DNA from: Camelus ferus | Taxonomy: Eukaryota | Reading direction: 5' to 3' | Length of the DNA stretch: 64,000 nt | Assembly (NCBI RefSeq): GCF_009834535.1 | Contig: NC_045707.1 | Coordinates: forward strand, 53,198,001 to 53,262,000 | Shown here: one piece after another, positions 10,201 through 23,039 of the stretch | How the letters are laid out: each line of letters opens with the position of its first letter | Position numbering within the stretch: the stretch's first letter is position 1 | Notes under the pieces: model-generated | Seen by the model: only the letters and a program-made list of their open reading frames with translations | Told to the model about the DNA's origin: nothing | Database searches by the model: none | Program-made: the position numbers and the translations under genes

Positions 10201-13200
10201 GCTGAGACCTGGAGCAAAGCAAGATGTCCAGGTAGCTTCAACTCCCCTTCTAGAGCAGGGCCTGGGCCGTGGGCACAGCAGAGCGGGTGAGCGGGGCTGC
10301 GGGCTGGGTGACTCCAGGCCCGAGGTGGAGGTGTTCCTGGAGGCCAGAGGTCACGTGGTGGCCGAGGGTCTGGCTTCCTGGGCTCAGGGTGCCCAGATGC
10401 CTTCTCTGAGGGCCTCTCACCCTGGTTCTAGGAAGATTGGTCAGACAGCTGGGCACCCCCCATCCCAGACAAAGCAGTTCAGCCAGTTCACGCCAGGGCT
10501 GGCCTCTCCAGACGTGAATCCTGCTGGTGGGGCTGGCCTCTGGTGGGCAACCGAGGGATTCTGTCCCGCTTGGAGGAAGGATTTCCGGATGCCCTGCGAC
10601 CAGGTGAACAGGCGGCCTCTTGCTCACGTGTGAGAATCAGGGACTCTGGCCTCACCTTGGGGGTCAGACGACCGGCAACACGTGTGAGCAGCAGGAGCCA
10701 CTGTCTCCGTGAGCCCCACGTCAGAGGTGGAACAGAGGCTGCCCTGGGACGGCTGGAGGCCAGGACTGGAAGAGGCATTGGCCAGGAGTAGGAGGCCTTT
10801 CGTCCCCTGGTCGTATGCGAGCCTGGATGCTCGGACGAGGCCGACACAAAGGCAGAGTTGGGGACGTAAGCCAGGAAGAGCGTGTTGGACCACCATCCAG
10901 CCTTGATGCCAACATGGGTCCCAGGACAGCAGCGCTGAGTCACCTGGAAGCTCGCTGGCAGTGCGGACCCCTGGCGTCTGTGGACCCACCACGTCAGGAT
11001 CAGCGTTTCCGCTGGATCCCCAGGCGGCCAGTGTACCTCAATGTCTGGGGAAGCCAGTCTGGAAGGCCTCCCAGGAGCATCTTATTCGGGGCTTCATTCC
11101 CCACAGATCCCGGCCCGGGTTTCCCTGGGGTGAGTTGGAGCTGCTCTGTGCAGCTGCTTACAGACCTGGGGTCGGTGACAGACATGCACACGTCATAACC
11201 ACACAGAGGTCTAGGCCCGTCCTGTGCATCCAGGGCCCCCGCCCGTCTGGGAGGGACCTTCCCTGAGGACAGCGGACTCTTGTCCCCATGCTGTCCGGGG
11301 CAGGACGGAGGCTGCGCCCGGCAGTCGGCGCCCATGGGCAGGCAAGCCCGGACCTCACGCTCCCGGGTCTGGTTGGGCCCTCGGCTGCACCTGACCCCTG
11401 AAAGGTGAGGAGGCTGCCTCTCCCCAAGGCTCCTCCTCCAGGAAGGCAGCCAACCTGGGGTGCTGCCTGCCTGGACCTGTGGGCAGGCTTGGTAGGAAGC
11501 AGGCCCTCGATGACTTGTTAAGTGCATGGGTCGGAGGTCCCTCTGTTCGGGGCCCTCCGGTGCCAGTGTGTTCACCTGCTAGGTGCTCAGAAGGTGGTGC
11601 TGGCTGACTGGGCCCCTTGTCCTCATTGGACTGCAGGGACCTGGGATAGAGGTCCTGCTTGCCCCCTGGGGAGGTCGGTGCTGCCCTTGGTGGTCCACAT
11701 TCCGGGACGGGGGTGGACATGGGAAAGGACCCTGGTCCTCACTCAAGCTCTTTGTGAAAAGAGCAGAGGTGCTGGCAGCTGCCTGGTTCTGGGGAAGCAG
11801 CCACACAGCTCTCCCTGACATCCGCCCACTCCGGCCTCCTCACTCTCCCCCAGCAGGAGGGTCCTCCTCCCCAGATCCCCCAGGAGGCCCCCTTCCCACC
11901 AGCGTAGACAGACCCCTCCGTCCCCAGGAGTCTGCAGGTCATTATCAGAGCGGCTGGAAACAGGCCTCTGATGTGATTTATGCTCCCGGGAAGCTCCCGC
12001 TCTTGGTTGGATGGTGCTAATTAACACTAGATTGTGAAGATATTAACCCAATCTCTTTCACTTCTGTTTCTGCCAGACCTGTTTCTGAGAATTCGGGGAG
12101 TCTGGGAGGCATCTGGGGGGCCTCTCGCAGCCCTGACACCTGCACTCAACACAGGCTGGGGCAGGATTTTTAAACAAGGGGCCCCCTTTCTGTTTGGCAA
12201 CCCTGCAAATTAAATAGTCTGTCCCATTCCAGGCAGCCTGGCTGTGCGGGCAAGGCCACCCTCCCCGGGCAGTGCAACCAGCGGTCGAGAGGCAGAGGCT
12301 GGAGAGTCTTCTTCAGACCCCTAAGGGGCCAAGGGTGGGGCTGAGCAGGAGGCTGGGCAGCAGGGGGTTGGGGGGCCTCCCAGAGCCTTACTCCCCATCA
12401 GGGGTTCAAAGGGCCAGTCTCCATGCCTGGCGCTCAGGGTCCTTGGGTAGGACTTGAGGGCTGGACAGGTGACCGGCCTCCAGCAGAGTCGCAGAGTGGC
12501 GGATGGTGTCCATACATTCCCATGACACGTATGTCCCTGTGTGGCTATACACATGTGTGCACATGTACATATAATTGTTTAGGGACTTCCCCTCCTCTGC
12601 TGGAGGCACACCAGCAGGCCTCACTCCTGGGACAAGCCCAGAACATGAATGAGTGTGTCACACTATTTTGAGTCCTAGGTGGGTCCCTTGCTCCTCAGCC
12701 GCAGAATCCCGAGAGCAGTCAAAAGCAAGGAAAACTGGCATCTTGGACACCTCTGTTCACATCTCAGCTTTCTGTTTCACTCAGCTCCTCCTGCCCGTTT
12801 TTATTTTCCCTGCATGCACACCAGCGGCAGCGTTCATGGTTCCTGCAGGGCCGCGGCCGGCCTGGCCGCAGAGGGCTCCCCGAACACCAGCGCTGCTGCT
12901 CCTGCCTGGGGGGCTGGCTTTGGGCCCCTCCGCACTCACAGCGCTCAGCCAGGCTCACGTGTCTGCGGCGACGGAAGCGGGTCTGCACCCGGAGCAGGGG
13001 GAGCTCTGCCCTGCATTTGGAACAGAGCATGGTGTTGAGACGCTGCTGCCTTCTTGAAGGCCAGGAGGCTTGTGAAAATAATGTGGCCAGGATTTCTCCA
13101 CCCAGAAAGCTCAGACGGAGGGCAGGTATCCTCGCCCTAGCCTCCCGCCGCGAGGTCTGTGCTCACAGACTCATTTCTATTTCATGGAAGGGTCTTGCAC

Positions 13201-13429
13201 ACGTGGTAAGCCGGGTGAACCTTTCAGAAAAGCCCCTATTTTAGTGTCTTATCAAAATTGAGGGAAAGTATTTCCCGGGTGAAATCAGGAAGATTGTTTT
13301 AACTGAAATGCATCACTTTAAATTAGAAAATGCAAGTTTTCCTAGGACTCGCACATAAACATTTAAACATGAAACTTTGTTGAGACATCATAGCAGCCAC
13401 TCTCATTATAGCTTTTTAACATGAGTGAC

Positions 13430-13720
13430 GTCCATCCTTCCATCCATCCGTCCGTCCACCCACCATCCACCCAGCATCCATGCAGTACTTACTGAACCCC
13501 TACTTCAGACCAGGCTGAACAAGTTGTCACAATCCCTGCCCAGGGGGTGCCTCGCAACTTGGTGACCGTGAGATTGACGCCAAGGAGGGGATGAGTGGCC
13601 GGAGCAGGGAGAGCCCGAGGGGTGTTGTGTACGGGGAGAAGTGATGTGCCCGGGAGGTCAGGAAAGCTGCCTCCGACACAGAGAAGGGGATGGCCAAGGT
13701 TGGCCAGGAGTCACACTGAA
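13430..13720 (-). mobile_element. L2 3'-end fragment (degenerate)
   Basis: A (CATC/CATT)n-like tail followed by agtacttactgaacccctac...ccagg, typical of an antisense L2 3' end. Confidence 0.45.
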
Positions 13721-14649
13721 AGGCAGAGGGCAAGATGAAGGGACAGCAGGGCTAAGGCCAGGGAGGCCACGTCCCTTGCTTCCTCCAGGCACCGCTCTGT
13801 CCACTCTCTGAGCCGCAGAGTCACCTCCTGACCTGCACCAACGGAACCCCGCACTCTCGTTTTCTGCGCAGGGGCCACCGTGCAGGCCCCCCCCCAGGGC
13901 ACTGTCCTCCTTTCTCTGCTCACACATGTCGGGAAGGCAGTCCTTTAAGCCCTCCCTGCAGCCCCCCGGGCACCGGCATCCCCGCTGTGTCCGGGGATGA
14001 GGCTGGGCACGCGGCAGGTCTCGGCCACAGCAGTCCTGCTCCGCAGCACAACTGAACCACCCCAGCGAGACACTCCTAGCACCCAAGCCACGTCCGCTGA
14101 ATAAGAGACCCTGATTTGATGGTGGAGGTGTCCTTTAAGCAGAGGAAGTTGAGGGAAATCATTTACTGGCACTGGGATCAACAGATTCTGCGTCAGCTGC
14201 TGAGCAGAGATGAAGCAGAAGCACCTGGAAGTTAGCTCTGTTATAACGCTGCCCCGAGGGGCTGGCCTGCGGTCCGCAGATTGTTATTGTGGGTAATTAG
14301 ACGGCTCCCACATGGGTGGCAGAGGCCGCGGGGGCCTCCCAAGACTGAGAGGGAGCTGGAGGCCAGGGCGCAGCTCTCCAGGCCTGAGACCCCCCAGGAC
14401 CCCCATCCGCTCCTCCCTTGGTGCCTCCATTTGAGGCCTGGAGTCAGAGCGGGAAGGGGGCCTCCCCCGTGGGCAGCTGTGTGCGTGGGCTGCCGGGCCG
14501 CCAGGCCAGGTCAGGACCTCCACCGCCACCTGGGGGCCCGCGGGCCCAGCACAGCGAGCGGATGGAGTTGGAGCTGAGCGGTCTCATGTTGCCTCGGAAC
14601 TGGCGGCTTTCGTTCTGGTTCATGGTTCTCATTGCTGAGACTTTAAAAG

Positions 14650-15045
14650 CAACCAGCTTTATTGTGGTACAATTAACTCACAATAAAACCCACCCACTTC
14701 CAGGGTGCAGGCAGTGAGTTGGATGATGTCTACGCAACACGAACACCTGATCATGATCGGAACCTCCCGCCCCGAGGCCCTCCTGTGCCCCCTTGTCACC
14801 CACCTGCCCCTTGGCTGTGTTGGTCCCTGAGGACCCATTTGCCCATCCAGCTCCACATGTTGCACACCAGCCTCGAACACGGCCATAGGGGAGGGGGAGG
14901 GAAGATGGAGGCATCTGCCCGGAGTGGACCCAGGGACACCTCCCAAAAAGCCACTTCGCACAGACTGAGTGTACTGAAAGCAGCAGTCTGCTCGCCATCA
15001 AAACCATCATCCTCAACAAAACTCTTCTCTCTGAGGTGCTTTCTG
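14650..15045 (-). mobile_element. Old L1M (L1MB-like) 3'-end fragment
   Basis: agctttattgtggtacaattaactcacaataaaacccacccactt... matches the antisense L1M 3' terminus pattern. Highly diverged. Confidence 0.55.
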
Positions 15046-15384
15046 CTCACACAGACTTGGCCTGAGGAGACGCTCACAGCATAGCCCTCACTTCTGAGGA
15101 CACCAAGGTGCTGGGCCTCCAGCCTCAGGATGCACGTGTGGCTGGCGGGGCAGGGCGGGCTCAGCGGGTCGCAGCTGGCAACCGGGGCCCCGGAGCTTCC
15201 TTCTGGTGGGAAAATTGCAGCCTTCAGGTGCCCTCAGCTGGTGGAAACCACGAGGGCTGAAGAGAACCCTCATTGATTTCTTTAGGAACCTGAGTTCTGG
15301 GAGTGGACCCTCAGGGCACATCCCCATCTCTCCGCCTTTCGAGGGTGTTTCCGGGCCTCAGCCTTGCTGGTGACACACTATCTA

Positions 15385-15535
15385 ATTCCGAGTGTAGGAG
15401 GTGGGTACTTACTAGTCCCCATTTGACTTGCTGAGCCCGTGGAGGCTCAGAGAGGTCAAGTGACGTGCCTGAGGTCACACAGACAGAGGCGGCAGAGCTG
15501 GGGCCCCAACCCAGATGGGCTCCTCTTCTGTCATG
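15385..15535 (-). mobile_element. MIR
   Basis: gtccccatttgac...gaggctcagagaggtcaagtgacgtgcctgaggtcacacag...ggcagagctggg is the MIR core. Confidence 0.75.
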
Positions 15536-17376
15536 CTCCTCAGCCCGGGCCCAGGGGTCCTGGGAGCACAGGCAGAGAGAGGCTGGAGGTGGCTGGAGTG
15601 GGGAAGTCGGTTCAACATGGACTTGGTTTCCTGTAACTTCCGCAGACCCATGAGAGCTGGACAACCCTCTCTGAGGCCAGGGGAGCCACAGGGAGCCAGG
15701 GCGGTGGGAGTCGGGGCCCCCACAGCCTCCTTTGGTGGGCTTGTTGCCCTCTCGCCCCCACCCCCAGCCCTCCATTTGGATCCAGCACATCTGATACCTC
15801 CTCTCCCCTTTGGATGGGGTGCCAGCTCCACAGATGCCCGACCCCAGGCACATGGACTCCCACCAAGAGTTGCCCACAGGACTCCCACCAAGAGTCACCC
15901 CTGAGGACAGAGAGGCGGGTGCCCTGAGGACCCACAGCTGCAAAGAGGGGCCGTAGTTTGGTTGTTTGCTCTGCATGTCCCGGTCCAGACCCACTGACAT
16001 GGGCTCGCGGGCAGGAGGTGGTGGTGCTGGAGGAACCACGAGGTCCCCGACTTCGAGTCCTAGCCTGAAGCTGGGAGCTTGTAAATTTGGATCCTTCCTG
16101 TCAAACTCAGGGTCCTGTTCTACCGGTTTGAGAGGAGATTTTTGAGCCCTTTTTAGATTTGTTCTGGGACTGGCGGCGATGTGAGGAGGCAAACTCACAG
16201 AGGCACCCCTGGGTCCATCGGGAGGGCCCCAAAGAAAGGGAATGGAGGAGGTCACGTCCTTGGCACGGGGTCACACCTGATCCGTCCCCCATGGGTTAAT
16301 TTCATGTCGATGTGAAATCAACTGCACTGCAATCTCACTGCATTCCTCTCCCCCCAGTCCTTTCCGCAAAGAGAGAGCCAGGGTCACTGAAGACATCAGA
16401 CGTAGTGACATTAGGGGCTGAGACAGTGGCTCGTCTGGACAGGAAGAGTCACCCCAGACTTAGGGGCCTGCTGCCAAGCACACCCTGATTCTGAGCAGAA
16501 TTTGCTGTGCGGGTGTCCCTTGGCCAATGCTGGGCTGTCTGTCGGGCGCTGGTGTCTGTTCTCCAGGCCGCAGGACGGGGCTCACGGCCCAGCACCTCCT
16601 CCGCTCAGGTCGCACCATCTGTGCCCCACGGTGTCCCAGGCCGAGCAGGACGGGGCAGGCGCCGTGTCCACTGCAGGTGTGCTACTTTCTCCCGCGCATG
16701 GCAGCTGCGACAGGACAAGCCACAGCCTGAGACCCACAGGCTCGCCTGAGTGTCGTCACCCTACATCTCACCTGGGGCAGGTGCAGGGGTCCCTGCCTGT
16801 CTGTTCCTCAGGGGTGCACGGGATGAGTTTACGTGGGAGAGTTTTGCATGTGAAGCTCATACAGACTGAGGTTCTCGAAGGCAAATGCTCCTCTGCTCTG
16901 AAGGAGCGTATTTTCTTTGAGAAAATTTAAAATAGGGTGACTGTGACCGCAAGGAATGTTGCCACGGGGCTCACACTGTTGTCCTTAACCTAAAGTGGCT
17001 GTGATTCCTGCCGGGGGTGTGGTAAGGGCTCCCATCCCCCAGGGGGCAGATTTTCCCCGGGGGGACATTCACGCAGTCAACAGACCTCAGTAAGACACGC
17101 TGTGCTCGGGGCGGGGCGGGAGGGGCAGAGCTGTCCACCGCCCGAGCTCACCAGGTGTGGGTGCTGGTCCCCCTGCGCAGATGAGGAAACTCCCAGCACT
17201 AACCCCTTGTTGGATGTATCATCTGCAATCATTCTCTCCCATTCAGCAGGCAGCCTCTCTGTTTGGCTGATGGTTCCCTTCATTGTGCTGAAACTTTTTA
17301 ATTTGATGTCGTCCCACTAGTTTACTTTTGCTGGAGTCATTGTCGCATTTGAGTCAGACTCAAAAAAATATCATCT

Positions 17377-17850
17377 TGGATAAAGAAGTTGTGGTGTATG
17401 TATACAATTGAGCACTACTCCGCCATAAACAGGGAGTGAAATGATAGACCTGGCAATTGTCATTCTAAGTGAAATAAGCCAGAAACAGAAAGAAAATGCC
17501 ATATGATACCACTCATGTGAATCTTAAAAAATGACACAAATTGAAGTTATTTACAAGCCAGAAACAGACTCACAGACATAGAAGACAAACTTACGGTTAC
17601 CGGGGGGAAAGTGAGGGAGGGTGGGATAAATTAGGAGTCTGGGTTTAGCACATAAAAACTACTGTATACAGAATAGATACAGTAGGACAGCAAGATCTGA
17701 CTGTACAGCACAGGGAACTATGTTCAATAGCCTGTAATAATCTATGATGAAAAGAAGTGATGAAGACTGTATCTGTATAACTGCATCACTATGCTGTACA
17801 CCAGAAACTAACACAACATTGTACATCAGCTCTACTTCAATGAAAAGAAA
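17377..17850 (+). mobile_element. 5'-truncated L1 3' end (laurasiatherian/artiodactyl type) inserted into the older L1
   Basis: ggataaagaagttgtggt...cattctaagtgaaataagccag...gaaacagactcacagacatagaagacaaactt...cagcacagggaactat...tgctgtacaccagaaactaacacaacattgta...acttcaatgaaaag. Confidence 0.85.
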
Positions 17851-18091
17851 TCTCCCATCGTGACGTCAGGTAGCTCACCACCTACGCTTTCCTTCAGGAG
17901 TTTTACCGTTCCAGGCCTTACATTCAAGTCTTCAATCCATTTTGAGTTAGTTTTTGTGTGTGGTGTACGACTAGTGGTCTAGTTTCAGTTTTCTAAATGT
18001 GGCTGCCCAGTTTTCCCACCACCGCTTATTAGAGACTATCTTTGCCTCATTGTGTATTCTTGCTTCCTTTCTTGTAAATTAACTGGCCATA

Positions 18092-18382
18092 TAGTTGCTC
18101 TCAGTACACTGGGGATTGGTTCCAGGACCCCCTGCAGACACCAAAACCCACAGACGCTCAAGTCCCTTATATAAAGTGACAGTCTACTTGCATGCAACCT
18201 AGCCCACCCTATGTACTTAATTTTTTTTCCTTTTTCAGTTTTATTAGGTAGAATTATCACAGGCCGACTGCACACACACCTTATAGTGCATGTAAGTACA
18301 TATATACAGGACACTGCACATTCTTTTAGTTTACATATATGTACTGATTATTGTTTTTAAGACCATCCTGTATACTTTAAAT
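18092..18382 (+). mobile_element. MER2 (TcMar-Tigger) fragment, apparently interrupted at ~18220-18360
   Basis: ggggattggttccaggacccc...accaaaacccacagacgctcaagtcccttatataaa and later catcctgtatactttaaat match MER2 as recalled. Confidence 0.7.
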
Positions 18383-18752
18383 GTTCATGTCCAATTTCTT
18401 TCATTAGTGTCTTACAGTTTTTAGTTTACAGGTCTATAATTTCCTTGGTTAAATTTATTCCCAGATATTTTATTCTTTTTTTTTAAACTTATAAATGGGA
18501 ATTATTTTCTTAATTTCTCTTTCTGATTGTTCACTGTTAGTGCTGTTAGTGTATAACAAATAAAAGAGAGTTTTGTCCATTGATTTTCTACCCTACAACC
18601 TTAATGAATTCATTTATTAGTTCTAACAGACATACATATTTACATGTCTTATGTCCTCCCAGCCTTGGGTGCAAGTCAACTCAAATTTAAGGAACAGAAT
18701 GACCACTTCCCAAGAAAGTTAAATTAGCCTGTGTTCCTATGGAATCTATGGC

Positions 18753-19140
18753 ATTTTTTTAATTGTACATAAAAGTACATAACAAAAGCATATACCATTT
18801 TAACGCTTTTTAAGCGTACAGTTCAGTAACATTAAGCACATTCACACTGTTGTGCAGCCATCCCCACCATCCATCTCTGGATCCCTCTCATTTTTCCCAA
18901 CTGAAAGCCTGTCCCCATCCCATTCCCCTCCCCCAGCGCATGGTATCCCGCCATCTGCTTTCTGTCTCTAAGAATCTGACCCCTCTGGGGGCCCGATATG
19001 AGTGGACTCACATAGTATTTGTCCACTTGTCACCAGCTTATTTCAGTCAACATAATGCCTTCAAGGATCATCCACGTTGTAGCAGAATTTTCTTCCTTTT
19101 AAAGGCTGAATAATTGCATGCATTTTTTGTTTATTCATTT
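18753..19140 (-). mobile_element. L1MA/MB 3'-end fragment
   Basis: Begins with poly-T, then accattttaac...aagcgtacagttcagtaacattaagcacattcacactgttgtgcagccatccccaccatccatctc. Confidence 0.8.
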
Positions 19141-19358
19141 AAGACTAATGGCATTTTAAAATAAATATATCTCAGTTTTTTTATTAGCTGTATTTCTGTT
19201 TTTCAATCATTTCTAATCCTTTTTCGTGGCATTCTCAGTGGTTAATACTTAAATCACTGGCAATCCAAACAAACCACATTCTGTTAATTCTACCCAGACC
19301 TCTAATTAGCTCCCCTTAAAACTCAGAGACCTATTCTCTTTTTAATAATTTAATATTT

Positions 19359-19831
19359 GGGGAGGTGGTTCAAGACGGCAGAGTGTAGGAAGATCCTGAA
19401 CTCACGTCCTTGCACAGATATGACAGGTCTGCAGATCCACGTGAAAAGGATCATACACCACGATCAAGTGGGATTCATCCCAGAGATGCAAGGATGGTTC
19501 TGTATTCGCAAATCAATCGATTTGATACACCACATTCACAAAGTGAAGGATGAAAATCATATGATCATCTCAATAGATGCAGAAAAAGAATTTGGTAAAA
19601 TTCAACATCCGTTGATGATAAAAACTCTTAACAAGGTGGATTATAGATGGGTTATACCTCAACATAACAAAGGCTGCGTGTGACAAGCTCACAGCTAAAG
19701 TCAGTATCTTGTAATAACCTGTAACGGGAAAGAATCTGAAAAAGAATACATTTACGTGTAACCAAAGCACTTTGCTGCTCAGCTGAAACTAACACAACAT
19801 TGTAAATCAACTCTGCTTCAATTAAAAAAAA
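19359..19831 (+). mobile_element. Internally deleted L1: 5'-end-like segment, ORF2 RT fragment and 3' end with A-tail
   Basis: Starts ggggaggtggttcaagacggcagag (L1 5' caagatggc-like). Encodes [62 protein letters not shown] (L1 RT). Ends with ctgaaactaacacaacattgtaaatcaactctgcttcaattaaaaaaaa. Confidence 0.85.
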
Positions 19832-19983
19832 GTGATACTTAGGAAAGGCTGTCTAGGATCACATCCTGAGGGAAAGGGCCACACTGGGTGCCACAGGGCT
19901 CAGGCTACACGGTGGGAGCAGTGCGAGAGAGGGTGACGGGCTGTGCCAGCAAAACTCATCACTGGAGATACTCCAAGGACTTT

Positions 19984-20142
19984 ACACACACACACACACT
20001 CTCACATACACACACACTCACTCACACACACACACATGTACACACACACTCACACACATACACACACATGCATGCACACACACATACATGCACACACATA
20101 CACACTCACACACACAAACACACACACACACGCATGCACACA
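19984..20142. repeat. Imperfect compound (CA)n microsatellite
   Basis: ~160 bp of CA repeats with CT/TA/TG interruptions. Confidence 0.95.
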
Positions 20143-21339
20143 ATTCGAATGTCCACTTAATGTTGGCAATGGTTGTAGGTGGGAGAATTAGACATTTTTT
20201 CTTGCTTTCTTCTCCGTCCTTTTTTATATTGCTTGATTTTTTCCCTATGATCATTGTCTATTTTGAAAAGAATAATGATTCTAAAGGATATTCTAAAGCA
20301 ATAGCATTGACACTCATACACACATGAAATATTTGATGATTTGCTTTTCAGTTCATGGGAGCCCGGCTTTCCCAGACTTCCAAACTGTCCTGTTGGCCGG
20401 AGCCCTGCAGCCATCAGTTCAGAGCACTGTCTGGTGCGTCCAGTTACCCTCATGGAACACGCCTTCCTCCTGCCACTGCCTTTGGAACCGCAGGGCCAGC
20501 GTGTGACTTGTGGTTTACTTTACCACGAAGACTTTTCCCCTAACTCTGGCCCATAAACAAGGATCAGATGAGGTTGGAGGACTGGTGTGGGGCTGCAGAA
20601 GCTAGTCACACCAACTGGAGAGCTCCCGCGAGTGGCTCGGCCCAGCCCTGAGTGCCAGGCGGGAAACACATGTTCTCGCCTCTTCCCAAGCTCTGAAGTC
20701 GGCACAGCTGGGATGATGGTGCACATAGCCTGTGATCTGTCGCAGGCGAGGGCTTCGTGCTGCCTTAGAGGCAGGTGCAACCGGAAAGTGACCTCGAATA
20801 ACACGCCCCTTCCAGATGAGAGATTCTGTGAGCCCACCGAGGCTGGGGCCTTCATGTCCTGAGGCTTCCAAAGAATCCAGTGTGTCTGGGCATAGGTAGG
20901 ACTAATCTCCCTGGAACTGCAGGGAGTGGGTGCCGCAAATGGGGCACATCAGTTAGAAGGTACGTTTGTTGAGCTCTGCTGGGCCTGGGTGCCGGGTGCC
21001 GGGAAGGCAGCATTTGTGGTGACTCTGACCTCAAGAAGGAGGTCCTAGCTGCAGAGCCGAGCACCGCCGGCACAGGGACTCCCCATCCCACGAGGCAGAG
21101 CTGACAGCAGCCTCTGAGCCGGGAGCTTCTTTGATGAGGGCTGGAGTCAGTCAGCAGCAGGTGAGCCAGCCAGGGCTGGATCCATCCGGGAAGTGCAGGT
21201 GACCCCTAATTCTTCTACGTTCCGACGTGCCTGCAGGTGGGACAGGTGAGGCTTCACACTCATGCCCCCGGGGCTCTGAGCTCCTGGCAGGACACCTGCC
21301 ATCTGCCCCCCGGAGCTTGGCCTGGGCTTCCCCTCAGCT

Positions 21340-21520
21340 CTAAGGCCCTGCCCTCACCAGCTATTCTTTCTTCCTGAGAGACTCCAAACTGGAGATGTGA
21401 GTGCAAGACGTTTATTGGGGGAGCTCTGGGGACGAACACCCGTGGGCTTGAGAAGCTGGGCTGGTGCATCCCCAGCAAAGGCCTCAGAGAGTAGTCCTGA
21501 ATTGGAGCAGGGGGCCAGGA
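21340..21520. mobile_element. Possible ERVL-class LTR fragment
   Basis: ggagatgtgagtgcaagacgtttattggggg resembles LTR16/LTR33-type sequence. Heavily diverged. Confidence 0.35.
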
Positions 21521-22570
21521 GGTGGGTGACCGGGGAGAGGCAGCTTGCTCCTCCAGAGGGCAGTTGCCCGGTCAGAGACTTGGCTGGAGACCGACCGCTC
21601 ACCTCCATCCCCTCAGCGTCTGGAGGCCCATGCCCAGGCTCTCCCGCACCCCAGTTCTCATGCTTGTTCACCAGACTGATAACCACCTGTCCTGGGGCTC
21701 TCAGCATCCTGAACAGCTTCCATGTAGCTCCAGGCTCTTCCCCAGAGGGCTCTTGTCATGGCTGGGGTGGAGGGGCCTCGCCCCATCTCCTGGTTGTACT
21801 GGTCCAGTCACCCTCTAGGAGCTGGTGCCCGGTGATCTCAGCACCCATCTTACACACATGTCCAGGCTTGTGGACTCTAATCCCAGTGACCACACCACAG
21901 TACTGGTACTGGAGAACCTCCACATGTGATCACAAAGAGTTGAATCTTCAGTTATTTCTGTTACCTGGGCAACACCGTGTCCGAGGTCAGATGAGAATTC
22001 AACCAGAAAGGCTTCTGTGATTATTGCATGAACAGGTAGTGAACTTCAGGAAAATGGAAAGGAATTTGGCATAAGGCAATCTTCATGGAAATGGGTTAGT
22101 CTTATCAGAATTTAAACGTATGTCTGAAATTCTTTGTTTCAAATCCTACATAAAATCCTGTTTATAACCCTAAATAGACACAAGTGCACAGATGAAGGTC
22201 ATGCGGTTCAGAAGAAAGAGTGCTGGACCAGGGTGGGGCCTTGGGTGAGACGCCTTGCTAACAGGCCTGTTTTTTCACCTGTAAACTGAGGGTATTAAAC
22301 TAGATCATTTCTGAAGGATTAGATCTGTGACGTGCAGTGAAAGCTCCCGGCAACCCTGATTCACGGACTGCCCTACTCCATCTCGGCTGGGTACTGATTA
22401 ATTCAACAAACACTACTCTCCTCCCAGGGCTGTCAGGGTGTCACACAGAATGAAAGAATGAGAAGCAAGGCCCTTGATGCTCTTACAGCCTAACAGGGCG
22501 GCTTGGACAGTGGACAAATGATTGGGAAGCTAGAATCAAGAGTATTTCCATAAGGAAGCACACGCATAGG

Positions 22571-22621
22571 TTTTTTCTTGTTGTTGTTACTTTGTTTTTT
22601 CTTTTTTTTTTTTTTTTTTTT
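22571..22621. repeat. T-rich tract ending in T20
   Basis: Directly visible; the T20 run is 22602-22621. Confidence 0.9.
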
Positions 22622-23039
22622 GGTGGGGGGCAGCGAGGACGAGATCAAAAGAGGAAAACAGCCCTGCTGCTGGTTGGCACCCAGAGGAGAGTTTCATGGA
22701 TGAAGTGGCATTTGGTGTTGTCTTAGGGACCTGGGGCATGGCAGAAAATTGCAGGTCTAGGCACCATACACAGAAAGGCTAAGGTAAGGAGATAAAATGT
22801 AGGGCAGTTTCTTGGTTGCTTTGGTTAGAATGGTGGGCTCACATGAAGGGTATTGGGAGATTAAGTGGGAAGGTAGTTTTGGCAGTCATTGCAAAGGGAT
22901 TTTGAACATCAGGATTTGGTTTCCATTAAGTACACAAGGTAGGGGATAAGCACTTTCTAAATAATAGGAGGACATACAAAATGTTTTTTTAAACCTCTCT
23001 TCTTCAGATTAGACAATTTCAGTTGATCAGAATTCAATT

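Larger units (their letters stand above)
17195..18630 (-). mobile_element. Antisense L1 ORF2 remnant interrupted by nested insertions
   Basis: Segments ~17195-17370, ~17850-18090 and ~18385-18630 read as antisense L1 ORF2 (e.g. ttacattcaagtcttcaatccattttgagttagtttttgtgtgtggtgt; ccttggttaaatttattcccagatattttattctttt). ORF 17077-17283 contains L1-like LPAEWERMIADDTSNKGL. Confidence 0.8.

Noticed and set aside
15311..16255. Longest ORF (314 aa) and other long ORFs such as 457-1230, 1698-2456, 58785-59459 and 62969-63709
   Set aside because: No recognisable domain, Pro/Gly/Ala/Arg-biased composition, overlapping frames on both strands and often non-ATG starts. This one also overlaps a MIR. Such ORFs are expected by chance at this GC content.
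19357..19683. 108-aa reverse-transcriptase ORF as a functional gene or retron-like system
   Set aside because: A short L1 ORF2 fragment that loses frame and does not reach the catalytic motif.
19888..20327. HT/TH-repeat ORFs
   Set aside because: They are translations of the (CA)n microsatellite.
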